Shown piece by piece: positions 24,840 to 38,400 of a stretch of 64,000 nt of DNA; position 1 is the first letter of the stretch, and every line of letters begins with the position of its first letter. The position numbers and the translations under genes are program-made. The DNA lies in the NCBI GenBank assembly GCA_964016885.1, contig OZ024745.1, forward strand, positions 13,144,001-13,208,000, given 5' to 3'. Below the pieces are notes generated by a model. That model saw nothing but the letters and a program-made list of their open reading frames with translations. It did no database searches and was not told the DNA's origin. The DNA comes from Eledone cirrhosa (taxonomy: Eukaryota).

Positions 24840-24885
24840 CACTTGAAATACCTGCATCCTTCAAACACCCCGTCATGTTTACCAT
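24840..24885 (-). CDS. CAP-Gly domain protein, 46-nt exon with the signature motif
   Basis: ctttatttacag| ... |gtaaga; (D)GKHDGVFEGCRYFK(C); phases 1 and 2 match both neighbours. Confidence 0.92.
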
Positions 24886-25811
24886 CTGTAAATAAAGAAT
24901 AGATTATTAACAATCCTTCCGTCAATATGTTTCTTATTACTATTATATACAGGAGGGAGGGCGGTGGATTGGCAGTATCGGTAGAGGGTCGGACGTCATG
25001 CTTTGCAGCATAGAATTACGGCTCTTTATGATCTAAGCTCAAATCCCGCCGAGGTTAACTTTGCCTTTCATCCTTATGGAGTCGATAAAATAAAGTACCA
25101 GTCACGCACTGGTGTCGATTTAATCGACTTTCCCCTCCCCCCAAATTACTGGCCTTGTGCCTATATAAGAAACCATTATATACAGGAGGATCAGTTGACT
25201 ATGATTTTATTCAACATATTCCCCTCTCAGATTCACACACTTATTGCAGATGTCCTACCTCCTTTGTAAAGGTAACAGCTCTACCATTTCGGGATACCAT
25301 TAAGCCAGAAACTTTTCAGCACCCGGTATACTTAAGCTCCCTCTCCCCAATCCCCAAAACTGTAACGGAAGTGCTCTTAATAAATTAATAACTGTTAATA
25401 AATTAATAAGGCATGACTCCAACAATTTTGGTGAAAGGGAAAGTCAATTACAACGACCCCAGAACTTCACTGGTACTTTATTGGATCGATCCTGGAAGGA
25501 TGAAGGGCAAAGTTGACCTCATCCGAATTTGCTCTGGAAGCATAAACAAATAACGCAGGACATATTTTCCAACGTCAAACGATTCTGCCAGCCCACAGCT
25601 CACTTTAAGCTAATAATAGTGATTATATAAGAAAGAACTTTGATAAATTATAATTATAAACATTGATTGCCAGCTAAATTATTTATAAAAATAAACTGAA
25701 GCAAAATCCCAACCAAACAGTGAATGTGTTTTACTACTTTTGCCAATATTAGGACAACATGACCCTCCCCAAATATAAAATTGGGATGATATTATACAAT
25801 TTTTTACATAC

Positions 25812-25993
25812 CGTCTTGGTGAAGTTCAACTCCTATATAAGTATCGGAGCGACCAGAGAGTGGGCCAACAAACTTCACAATCCCTTGTGATATTTTACCA
25901 CCATGTTTCGAGAATTTCACAATATCTCCCAAATGAATGTCGTCTGGTGACTGAGGAACATAAGGTCTTTTGCCCTTGGTTAATGCCCATTGC
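25812..25993 (-). CDS. CAP-Gly domain protein, 182-nt exon (N-half of the domain)
   Basis: tcttcttgacag| ... |gtatgt; QWALTKGKRPYVPQSPDDIHLGDIVKFSKHGGKISQGIVKFVGPLSGRSDTYIGVELHQD. Confidence 0.92.
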
Positions 25994-26490
25994 CTGTCAA
26001 GAAGAGATCATATCATCATCATCATTTTACGTCCGCTTTTCCCTGCTTGCATGGGTAGGACGGGAATTGATTCTGGCTTGATTTCTACAGCTGGATCCCT
26101 ATTGATTTCTACAGCTGGATCCCTGGTGATTTAATGATAGGGACCCAGTCCTATCATCTCATTTTTACAGCTGAGTAAACTGGAGCAATGTGAAATAAAG
26201 TGTCTTGCTCAAGGAAACAACACATCACCTGGTCTGAGAATTGAACTCACAACATTTCGATTGCAAGGCCAATGCTCTAACCATTAAGCCATGTACCTCC
26301 ATATATAAGTAATAAGTCAGTGATAAGATGTTTAATGGAGAGGGACATTCAAAAATTAGCTACAGATAACTACGTGATGATACGAGGTTCAATTAAATCT
26401 CCCAGATACCGGCTGGGCGCTTTGAAACAATATATATATATATTTATATCCCAGCATGGCCTTAGCCTGTTGGCTGGAACAGGTAAAAGA

Positions 26491-26589
<99 letters not shown>

Positions 26590-27010
26590 GAAATAAAATG
26601 TTATTTTATTTCACTATAATACACTCTGTCTAGCTCTACACCTCGACACTGAAGTGAACCTAAACATCGAGTGCTCAGCCGGATGAACCTACAGTTACTC
26701 CAAGTTACACTCCCTGGATACATATATATATATATATATATGTGTATATATATATGTATATGTATATATATATATGTATATGTATATATATGTAAAAGGT
26801 AAACAGAAATAACAACACAATTGGTACAGTATATGGAAGGAATATATTAGGTTAACGCTTGAAATAGCAGGAAGAGGGTTTTAACGTTTCGGACGCTAGT
26901 ACTTCACCAGAAGAAAGAATGAGAAATAAGATAGATTGAGAGGACGGGCGGGTTGGAATTGGAAAAAACGTCTTTACATAAAAATAACAGGTCCATTCAT
27001 GCTGACATCT

Positions 27011-27077
<67 letters not shown>

Positions 27078-27118
27078 GATATTAATAAATGGAAACTATG
27101 TTTATAAAACCATATTTA

Positions 27119-27180
27119 TTTCATTATACATATTTCAAGGACACCAAGTTAAATTATGGTGTGCTTTCATCAGATAAAAT
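27119..27180 (-). ncRNA. Type I HHR in the inverted end of a truncated PLE
   Basis: ttttat-CTGATGA-aagcacacca..tggtgtcctt-GAAA-tatgta-TA-atgaaa. Confidence 0.78.
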
Positions 27181-27199
27181 ATAATATAGAACAGTTTTA

Positions 27200-27771
27200 T
27201 AAATAAATATTGACATACCCTTAAAGCTCTTGACAAATGCTTCTCTAGAACACATAGGTATTACTCAATTTTTAATAGACATACTATAAAATTAACTTAT
27301 TCTTCCACCAAAAATTTAGCGCAAAATATTAATAGAATTAATAATAGAAATTGAAAACCTAACCAAAATACCAATAATAATCCAGGCAATATCCAATTTG
27401 ATAAATGTAACTGTAGAAATAAATCTAACTGTCTGTTAAATAACAATTGCTTAGCTAAAAATATAGTATATAATTGTAATGTAAAAACTAATTTAAATTC
27501 ATTTAACTATGTGGGATACACTTCCACAGAGTTTAAATCCCGCTTCAATAATCATAAAAATTCTTTTACAGATCTAAACAAAAAATCTTCAACTTCTCTA
27601 TCTAGCCTATTATGGGACCTAAAATTAGAGAACGTTGAATATTCGTTGATTTGGAATATTATTTCAAAAGCTACACCTTTTAACTCCTCTTCAGAAAACT
27701 TAAGGAATAATTTATTCAGTTGCTGTAGACATAGATTAAACTCAACGTTTAAATATAAATTTAAAATGTAA
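27200..27771 (+). pseudogene. 5'-truncated Naiad-like PLE, GIY-YIG remnant
   Basis: IFNRHTIKLTYS, CNCRNKSNC, IVY..YVGYT..FKSRFNNH..SF, SLS..W.LK, CCRH; collinear with the family B C-terminus; internal stop and loss of the CNLC block. Confidence 0.85.
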
Positions 27772-28574
27772 TATATAAATAATTAATTAATTCTATTAAT
27801 ATATTGGACCTGTCGATAAATCATTATATTCCTTCATCTTTTTTGACTGATTATACACTCAAGTAAAAATAACTTTTCTTCCTAAATATAAATAAATATA
27901 ATAAACTATTCTAGAGAAATATACTGAGGGCTCTTGAAATGAGAAAATATTTCTTATATTTTTTATTATTTATTATTTGATAGTTTCTCCTATTTTCGAA
28001 AGTTTATCCTTTCAAAGTTTGTTTATTTCTCTTATGAATATAAAATTAAGGTAAATGTACGTAGAAAATTTCTATACTAAATCTATTAAACATACTATTA
28101 TTTTGAAATTATAACTTGAAAATATTCTATAATATTTTAAAGTTATATTGTTTTTAAAGTTATATTGCTTATAATTATATTTCCAAATCGTAATATAATT
28201 CTTTTGTATTTTATGTACTTCAATTATACTTCTCTCTCTATATGTGTGTATATATGTATATGTGTGTATTGACATACATGTACATATGTTTTATGCGTGT
28301 ATATCTATCTGTATGTATATATATACGTGATGCGTATCTACCTATTTGTGTGGGTACATATATGTATGTAGATGTGGGAATTGTGTATGTACATGTGCGT
28401 GTATATCCATACAGTTAGATTGCACTTATGTATAGTGATTATCCCAAGATTCGTGACAAATAGACATATAATAACAGCCATAAATACATAACAGGTAATC
28501 TTATAAAACTTATATTAAAAAAATGTTGTTTAATAACATAAAGTATGTATAACATAAAATTTCCTTTAATATCT

Positions 28575-28815
28575 TAACCGTTTCGACGGCTATTTCTGGA
28601 CCCGAGAAATAGCTGTCGAAACGGCTTGAGCTCTGCCGTCGGAGTCCTGAACCTTTTCCTATTACTCATTCTACTACCCTAAGTATCGAGTACTCTGGTG
28701 CGTTATGGTCCATCTGGTTCCTTACCACATTTCCTTCGTTATATATATATAGAGAGTCCAGAAATAGCCGTCGAGACGGCTTGAGCTCTGCCGTCGGGTT
28801 CCTCAACATTTTCTT

Positions 28816-28865
<50 letters not shown>

Positions 28866-29198
28866 CCTTCAGTCGACCACGTATAAAGCCTGAGAAAATA
28901 ATGTTTTTAGTGAATGACAAATACAATTAATTTCAATAAACTGTTTGTCTTAATGTTTAATCCATGGCTGATTGTTAAAACTGTATTTGAATGACAACGT
29001 GTGTTGGCCGTGTGGGGACATCTGTATCTCTATACACAAGTTTATCTTGATTAATGTTTTATGTGTTTGTTTACATGCTACAATTTCTATGTCTTCTGTT
29101 TATATGACAGTGTGTCTATGTGTGTATGTTTGTATGTGTGTGTTTATGTTTGTGTCCATATCTGCGTGTGTGTATATGCATATATGTATATATATATA

Positions 29199-29273
<75 letters not shown>

Positions 29274-29481
29274 CGAAGGAAATGTGGTAAGGAACCAGAT
29301 GGACCATAACGCACCAAAGTACTCAATACTTAGGGTAGTAGAGTGGGTAATAGGAACAAGAATGACCCCGACGGCACAGCTCAAGCCGTTTCGACGGCTA
29401 ATTCTGGACATACACATACACTAGGTCCAGAATTAGCCGTCGAAACGGCTTGAGCTCTGCCGTCGGGGTCATACTTGTTCC

Positions 29482-29524
<43 letters not shown>

Positions 29525-29732
29525 CTTTCTCCCGAATGAAACAGTTCTAGTCCTGTAGAAGCCATTTCTATATATATATATATATACATGTGGAAGCTTA
29601 GTAAAATCGAAGCTTTGGCTGTGAGCAAGCAAAGTCGACCTACAATATGAATGAGTTAGCAAAGCACTCAATAAGGGTAGGTCCTCAGAGTAATAACACG
29701 TTTAAATAGCTTGGCAAATTGAACATTGTGGT

Positions 29733-29771
<39 letters not shown>

Positions 29772-30025
29772 ACAATTTAAATACCTTATGTTTGGAATTC
29801 CATATATATGTATATATATATAGGAACCAGTAAGACCCCGACGGCTGAGCTCAAGCCGTTTCGACGGCTAATTCTGGACGCTAATTCAGTCCAGAATTAG
29901 CCGTCGAAACGGCTTGAACTCAGCCGTCGGGGTCTTAATGGTTCCTATTACCCACTCTACTACCCCAAGTATTGAGTACTTTGGTGCGTTATGGTCCACC
30001 TGGTTCCTTACCACATTTCCTTCGT

Positions 30026-30030
<5 letters not shown>
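28575..30030. mobile_element. Cluster of short (<=140 bp) repeat copies in head-to-head inverted pairs
   Basis: gtccagaa[at]tagccgtcgaaacggcttgagctc.gccgtcgggg at ~28605, 28757, 29425, 29889 (+) and reversed at ~29272-29410, 29820-29880; tails end in (TA)n. Confidence 0.85.
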
Positions 30031-30063
<33 letters not shown>

Positions 30064-30301
30064 CATATATGTATGTATATATTTGTGTGTGTGAGTGTGT
30101 GTGTATATGTATGTGTGCGTATATGTATGTTTGCGAGCACTTGTGTATGTGTATGTCCCAAGTTTTCATCTAAGTGTGCATATGAATGTAAATATATGTG
30201 TATGCATGTATATTTATATATATGCGCGCATGTGTGTGTGTGTGTGTGTGTCCATATTTTTTTTTTTTTGATGTACACGAGTAGTTGATTTGTAATCTCA
30301 C

Positions 30302-30476
30302 CGTTTGCTTGATTCACTTCCGGTCACAAACTTCCGGTTCGCTAGTTTTTCTTGTACATTTTTCAGTTTGTTCATGTGAGTGAACTGCGTGGGGTGAGAA
30401 GAGTGCAGGCTAGCGGTTCTGTTCTCTGGCACAATGGAATCGACTTGAAGTGAATCGGAAACAACAGGGCTCTTCA
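30302..30476 (-). CDS. CAP-Gly domain protein, 175-nt exon
   Basis: tatgttttcag| ... |gtgaga; KSPVVSDSLQ...FVTGSESSK(R); ends in phase 2, matching the next exon. Confidence 0.82.
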
Positions 30477-30511
30477 CTGAAAACATATTAAAACTGATTT
30501 CAATCTTAGAT

Positions 30512-33200
30512 CACCACCATTACCAACACCACCACCATCACCGACACTACCATTACCAACACCACCACCATCACCGACACTACCATTACCAACACCACCA
30601 CCATCACCGACACTACCATTACCAACACCACCACCATCACCGACACTACCATTACCAACACCGACACTACCATTACCAACACCACCACCATCACCGACAC
30701 TACCATTACCAACACCACCACGATCACCGACACTACCATTACCAACACCACCACGATCACCGACACTACCATTACCAACACCACCACCATCACCGACACT
30801 ACCATTACCAACACCACCACCATCACCGACACTACCATTACCAACACCACCACCATCACCGACACTACCATTACCAACACCACCACCATCACCGACACTA
30901 CCATTACCAACACCACCACCATCACCGACACTACCATTACCAACACCACCACCATCACCGACACTACCATTACCAACACCGACACTACCATTACCAACAC
31001 CACCACCATCACCGACACTACCATTACCAACACCACCACCATCACCGACACTACCATTACCAACACCGACACTACCATTACCAACACCACCACCATCACC
31101 GACACTACCATTACCAACACCACCACGATCACCGACACTACCATTACCAACACCACCACGATCACCGACACTACCATTACCAACACCACCACCATCACCG
31201 ACACTACCATTACCAACACCACCACCATCACCGACACTACCATTACCAACACCACCACCATCACCGACACTACCATTACCAACACCGACACTACCATTAC
31301 CAACACCACCACCATCACCGACACTACCATTACCAACACCACCACCATCACCGACACTACCATTACCAACACCACCACCATCACCGACACTACCATTACC
31401 AACACCACCACCATCACCGACACTACCATTACCAACACCGACACTACCATTACCAACACCACCACCATCACCGACACTACCATTACCAACACCACCACGA
31501 TCACCGACACTACCATTACCAACACCACCACCATCACCGACACTACCATTACCAACACCACCACGATCACCGACACTACCATTACCAACACCGACACTAC
31601 CATTACCAACACCACCACCATCACCGACACTACCATTACCAACACCACCACCATCACCGACACTACCATTACCAACACCACCACGATCACCGACACTACC
31701 ATTACCAACACCGACACTACCATTACCAACACCACCACGATCACCGACACTACCATTACCAACACCACCACGATCACCGACACTACCATTACCAACACCA
31801 CCACCATCACCGACACTACCATTACCAACACCACCACGATCACCGACACTACCATTACCAACACCGACACTACCATTACCAACACCACCACCATCACCGA
31901 CACTACCATTACCAACACCACCACGATCACCGACACTACCATTACCAACACCGACACTACCATTACCAACACCACCACCATCACCGACACTACCATTACC
32001 AACACCACCACCATCACCGACACTACCATTACCAACACCACCACCATCACCGACACTACCATTACCAACACCACCACCATCACCGACACTACCATTACCA
32101 ACACCGACACTACCATTACCAACACCACCACCATCACCGACACTACCATTACCAACACCACCACGATCACCGACACTACCATTACCAACACCACCACCAT
32201 CACCGACACTACCATTACCAACACCACCACCATCACCGACACTACCATTACCAACACCACCACGATCACCGACACTACCATTACCAACACCGACACTACC
32301 ATTACCAACACCACCACGATCACCGACACTACCATTACCAACACCACCACGATCACCGACACTACCATTACCAACACCACCACCATCACCGACACTACCA
32401 TTACCAACACCACCACGATCACCGACACTACCATTACCAACACCGACACTACCATTACCAACACCACCACCATCACCGACACTACCATTACCAACACCAC
32501 CACGATCACCGACACTACCATTACCAACACCGACACTACCATTACCAACACCACCACCATCACCGACACTACCATTACCAACACCGACACTACCATTACC
32601 AACACCACCACCATCACCGACACTACCATTACCAACACCACCACGATCACCGACACTACCATTACCAACACCACCACGATCACCGACACTACCATTACCA
32701 ACACCGACACTACCATTACCAACACCACCACCATCACCGACACTACCATTACCAACACCGACACTACCATTACCAACACCACCACCATCACCGACACTAC
32801 CATTACCAACACCACCACCATCACCGACACTACCATTACCAACACCACCACCATCACCGACACTACCATTACCAACACCACCACCATCACCGACACTACC
32901 ATTACCAACACCACCACCATCACCGACACTACCATTACCAACACCACCACCATCACCGACACTACCATTACCAACACCACCACCATCACCGACACTACCA
33001 TTACCAACACCGACACTACCATTACCAACACCACCACCATCACCGACACTACCATTACCAACACCGACACTACCATTACCAACACCACCACCATCACCGA
33101 CACTACCATTACCAACACCGACACTACCATTACCAACACCACCACCATCACCGACACTACCATTACCAACACCACCACCATCACCGACACCACCATTACC
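30512..33200. repeat. Intronic minisatellite of 33-bp (two variants) and 21-bp monomers
   Basis: ccgacactaccattaccaaca[ccaccac(c/g)atca]; grades into (CAC)n at 33200-33480. Confidence 0.95.
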
Positions 33201-33589
33201 AACACCACCACCGACACCACCATTACCAACACCGACACCAACACCAAACACACCACCACCAACACCACCAACACCACCAACACCACCGACATCAACACCA
33301 AACACACCACCACCACCACCACCACCACCACCATTACCAACACCAACACCAAACACACCACCACCAACACCACCAACACCACCAACACCACCACCGACAT
33401 CAACACCAAACACACCACCACCACCACCATCACCACCACCACCACCATCATCATCATCACCTTCATCATCATCATCATTACCGTTAGAATAACGAATATT
33501 ACCAATAATGGAAATATAAAACAAAATAAAAACAAAATGCAGCATGGTAGTCATAGCAACAGCCATAATGGACAACTGTACTCATCATG

Positions 33590-33723
33590 AGAACAACAAC
33601 AACAATAACAACAGCTACAATATCGGTAGCTAGAGTACCAGCAACAGCAACTATAACAACAACAACAACAACAACAACAACAGCAACAGCAACAGCAACA
33701 ACAACAACAACTACAACAGCAGC

Positions 33724-33773
<50 letters not shown>

Positions 33774-33861
33774 CCATAACAACAACCACAACAACAGCAA
33801 CAACAATAAACATGATGATGATGATGATGGTGATGTAGATTATGGTGATGACGAGGACGAC

Positions 33862-33900
<39 letters not shown>
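33590..33900. repeat. (CAA)n and (GAT)n microsatellites
   Basis: Direct reading. Confidence 0.95.
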
Positions 33901-34115
33901 ATACATCCCAGTTGTAATAAGCCCAATCTTTTCCCAATCTTAGTGTATCTTGGACTACATTGTCAAATGTATTCCTCCTATAATAGGAAGGTAGCTGTGA
34001 TTTCTAGCAGGTGAAAAGACCGTGGAAAGGTTCATTGGTCCAGTTGGGGTTTCACATTGTTTCTTTGTCAAGCCACTATAATATGGAAATCTTCTGTAAA
34101 TGGATAAGTAACGAC

Positions 34116-34400
34116 TTATTTACAATAGTTTATAACTTTGCCTATTAATCCGTATGGTGAGCAAATGGGGTCCCCCGTGCTGGCCTCCCCACAGCCCCGG
34201 GCGAACAGGATGGAGAAGGCGTTTCCCCGGAGGATGGTAAGGGAGATACGCTGGAAGAGCCATTCCAACTCGCGAGGCTCACACCTGAGGCTGGCTAGCT
34301 CAGCATCTATGGTGGTGAATAGAGAGGTAGCCCTAGGGCCAAGGTCACCAGAAGTCTCCACTGCCAAGGGTACGACCGCGAACTTGTCGATAGATTTGTG
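34116..34400 (-). mobile_element. CRE-like non-LTR retrotransposon 3' fragment (RLE endonuclease tail)
   Basis: FAVVPLAVETSGDLGPRA...LFQRISLTILRGNA. Confidence 0.8.
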
Positions 34401-34590
34401 GTGCAACACATAACAGTGAAGACTTCCGGCATTCTTGGCACACACACACAAATACACACGTACACATACATACACACATGCACGCACCTAAATATACACA
34501 AATACACATATTTACAAACACACACACACATGTAAAGAAACCCCGACAAACCACCACCACCTCATCGTTAAAAGAAATATTAGTTGAAAC

Positions 34591-34860
34591 CTGTGTGCGG
34601 CCCTGCTGACTGAGACCTCTTCCTTGATGAACGGGGTTTGCTGCTGGTATCATTGTTGTGGATTGTTTGGCAACTGGAGGTGAGTGATTCTAAAGACATC
34701 TGATGGTGGAACCTATTGGTAACATCTTCCTTCACTGAAGGAGACAGTGGTGGTGAGTACAAGGACGGCGTTGGCACAGCATTCCGTTCAGTTGGGTCTG
34801 TATTTAAAAGAACCTCAGTGGCTGTATCACTGAAGTCAGGGACATCTTCATCACAGTGAT
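34591..34860 (-). CDS. CAP-Gly domain protein, probable 270-nt Ser/Pro-rich exon (gene continues upstream)
   Basis: tttttcggcag|; open frame HCDEDVPDFS...RSSRKRSQSAGPHT; donor cag|gtttca is weak but phase 1 fits the next exon. Confidence 0.65.
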
Positions 34861-34894
34861 CTGCCGAAAAATAATAACAACAACGATAATAATA

Positions 34895-35200
34895 CTAATA
34901 TGTCTACCAAGGAAATGGAGAAACTATCCAAATATAAAGATCTAGAGATGGAAATAACCTGAATGTGGATGTTGAAGACAGAAACAATACCTATAATAAT
35001 ACGTGCTTTGGGAACGATAAATAAACACACAGACAGATACATAACCAACACTCCAGAACTTACAAATATATACAACATACAAAAAATTGCACTACTAGGC
35101 ACAGCACACATATTACGAAGATTACTCTCAATGCAACAGAACAAACACCACCAAAAGCTCACAGAGCTGAGCTCGGTAATGCAGTGTTAATGCACAAAAC
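34895..35200 (+). mobile_element. R4/Dong-like retrotransposon 3' fragment
   Basis: EKLSKYKDL.MEI..MW..KT..IPIII.ALG...IQKIALLGTAHILRR; flanked by TAA/CAA/TGA-type triplet runs. Confidence 0.85.
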
Positions 35201-35449
35201 AATAATGATGATGATGATAATTGTTTCTGGTTTAGGTACAATGTCGACAATATTATTGCCGACAATATTTTGGGGAGGGGAACGTCGATTAAATCGACGC
35301 CAGTGCATTACTGGTACTTTATTTTATCAGCCCCATCAGGATGAAAGGCAAAGTGAACCCAATAGCAGAGATGACCATTTGTTCAGAGTCAGATAGCTCT
35401 CGCTACTTGCGGTCCACCAGAGATAGAAACGTGATATTCAGAGATAGAC

Positions 35450-38400
35450 TACAGAATACTGACCAATGAAACCAGGCTGTAGCAGACCTGTAGAATACTG
35501 ACCAATGTAACCAGGCTGTAGCAGACATGTAGAATACTGACCAATGTAACCAGGCTGTAGCAGACATGTAGAATACTGACCAATGTAACCAGGCTGTAGC
35601 AGACCTGTAGAATACTGACCAATGAAACCAGACTGTAGCAGACTTGTAGAATACTGACCAATGTAACCAGGCTGTAGCAGACCTGTAGAATACTGACCAA
35701 TGAAACCAGACTGTAGCAGACCTGTAGAATACTGACAAATGAAACCAGGCTGTAGCAGCCCTGTAGAATACTGACGAATGAAACCAGGCTGTAGAAGACC
35801 TGTAGAATACTGACCAATGTAACCAGACTGTAGCAGACCTGTAGAATACTGACAAATGAAACCAGGCTGTAGCAGACCTGTAGAATACTGACCAATGAAA
35901 CCAGACTGTAGCAGACTTGTAGAATACTGACCAATGAAACCAGGCTGTAGCAGACCTGTAGAATACTGACCAATGAAACCAGACTGTAGCAGAGCTCTAG
36001 AATACTGACCAATGTAACCAGGCTGTAGCAGACCTGTAGAATACTGACCAATGAAACCGGACTGTAGCAGACCTGTAGAATACTGACCAATGAGATCAGG
36101 CTGTAGCAGACCTGTAGAATACTGACCAATGAAACCAGGCTGTAGCAGACCTGTAGAATACTGACCAATGAAACCAGGCTGTAGCAGACCTGTAGAATAC
36201 TGACCAATGAAACCAGGCTGTAGCAGACTTGTAGAATACTGACCAATGAAACCAGGCTGTAGCAGACCTGTAGAATACTGTCCAATGAAACCAGGCTGTA
36301 GCAGACCTGTAGAATACTGACCAATGAAACCAGGCTGTAGCAGACCTGTAGAATACTGACCAATGAAACCAGGCTGTAGCAGACCTGTAGAATACTGACC
36401 AATGAAACAAGGCTATAGCAGACCTGTAGAATACTGACCAATGAAACCAGGCTGTAGCAGACCTGTAGAATACTGACCAATGAAATCCGGCTGTAGCAGA
36501 GCTGTAGAATACTGACCAATGAAACCAGGCTGTAGCAGACCTGTAGCATACTGACCAATGAAACCAGGCTGTAGCAGACCTGTAGAATACTGACCAATGA
36601 AACCAGGCTGTAGCAGACCTGTAGAATACTGACCAATGAAACCAGAGTGTAGCAGACCTCTAGAATACTGACCAATGTAACCAGGCTGTAGCAGACCTGT
36701 AGAATATTGACCAATGAAACCAGGCTGTAGAAGACCTGTAGAATACTGACCAATGAAACCAGACTGTAGCAGACCTGTAGAATACTGACAAATGAAACCA
36801 GGCTGTAGCAGACCTGTAGAATACTGACCAATGAAACCAGACTGTAGCAGACTTGTAGAATACTGACCAATGAAACCAGGCTGTAGCAGACCTGTAGAAT
36901 ACTGACCAATGAAACCAGACTGTAGCAGAGCTCTAGAATACTGACCAATGTAACCAGGCTGTAGCAGACCTGTAGAATACTGACCAATGAAACCAGACTG
37001 TAGCAGACCTGTAGAATACTGACCAATGAAACCAGGCTGTAGCAGACCTGTAGAATACTGACCAATGAAACCAGGCTGTAGAAGACCTGTAGAATACTGA
37101 CCAAGGAAACCAGACTGTAGCAGACCTGTAGAATACTGACAAATGAAACCAGGCTGTAGCAGACCTGTAGAATACTGACCAATGAAACCAGACTGTAGCA
37201 GACTTGTAGAATACTGACCAATGAAACCAGGCTGTAGCAGACCTGTAGAATACTGACCAATGAAACCAGACTGTAGCAGAGCTCTAGAATACTGACCAAT
37301 GTAACCAGGCTGTAGCAGACCTGTAGAATACTGACCAATGAAATCAGACTGTAGCAGACCTGTAGAATACTGACCAATGAAACCAGGCTGTAGCAGACCT
37401 GTAGAATACTGACCAATGAAACCAGGCTGTAGCAGACCTGTAGAATACTGACCAATGAAACCAGGCTGTAGCAGACCTGTAGAATACTGACCAATGAAAC
37501 CAGGCTGTAGCAGACTTGTAGAATACTGACCAATGAAACCAGGCTGTAGCAGACCTGTAGAATACTGTCCAATGAAACCAGGCTGTAGCAGACCTGTAGA
37601 ATACTGACCAATGAAACCAGGCTGAAACAGACCTGTAGAATACTGACCAATGAAACCAGGCTGTAGCAAACCTGTAGAATACTGACCAATGAAACAAGGC
37701 TATAGCAGACCTGTAGAATACTGACCAATGAAACCAGGCTGTAGCAGACCTGTAGAATACTGACCAATGAAATCCGGCTGTAGCAGAGCTGTAGAATACT
37801 GACCAATGAAACCAGGCTGTAGAAGACCTGTAGAATACTGACCAATGTAACCAGACTGTAGCAGACCTGTAGAATACTGACAAATGAAACCAGGCTGTAG
37901 CAGACCTGTAGAATACTGACCAATGAAACCAGACTGTAGCAGACTTGTAGAATACTGACCAATGAAACCAGGCTGTAGCAGACCTGTAGAATACTGACCA
38001 ATGAAACCAGACTGTAGCAGAGCTCTAGAATACTGACCAATGTAACCAGGCTGTAGCAGACCTGTAGAATACTGACCAATGAAACCGGACTGTAGCAGAC
38101 CTGTAGAATACTGACCAATGAAACCAGGCTGTAGCAGACCTGTAGAATACTGACCAATGAAACCAGGCTGTAGCAGACCTGTAGAATACTGACCAATGAA
38201 ACCAGGCTGTAGCAGACCTGTAGAATACTGACCAATGAAACCAGGCTGTAGCAGACTTGTAGAATACTGACCAATGAAACCAGGCTGTAGCAGACCTGTA
38301 GAATACTGTCCAATGAAACCAGGCTGTAGCAGACCTGTAGAATACTGACCAATGAAACCAGGCTGTAGCAGACCTGTAGAATACTGACCAATGAAACCAG

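Noticed and set aside
24955-25060. tRNA gene
   Set aside because: Only degenerate A/B boxes of a SINE head; no cloverleaf.
30474-33575. 1033-aa Gly-rich secreted structural protein (GDGGGVGNGSV)n
   Set aside because: Other frames are equally open, the apparent signal peptide comes from AT-rich microsatellite flank, and it overlaps an intron of the CAP-Gly model. Not fully excluded without RNA data.
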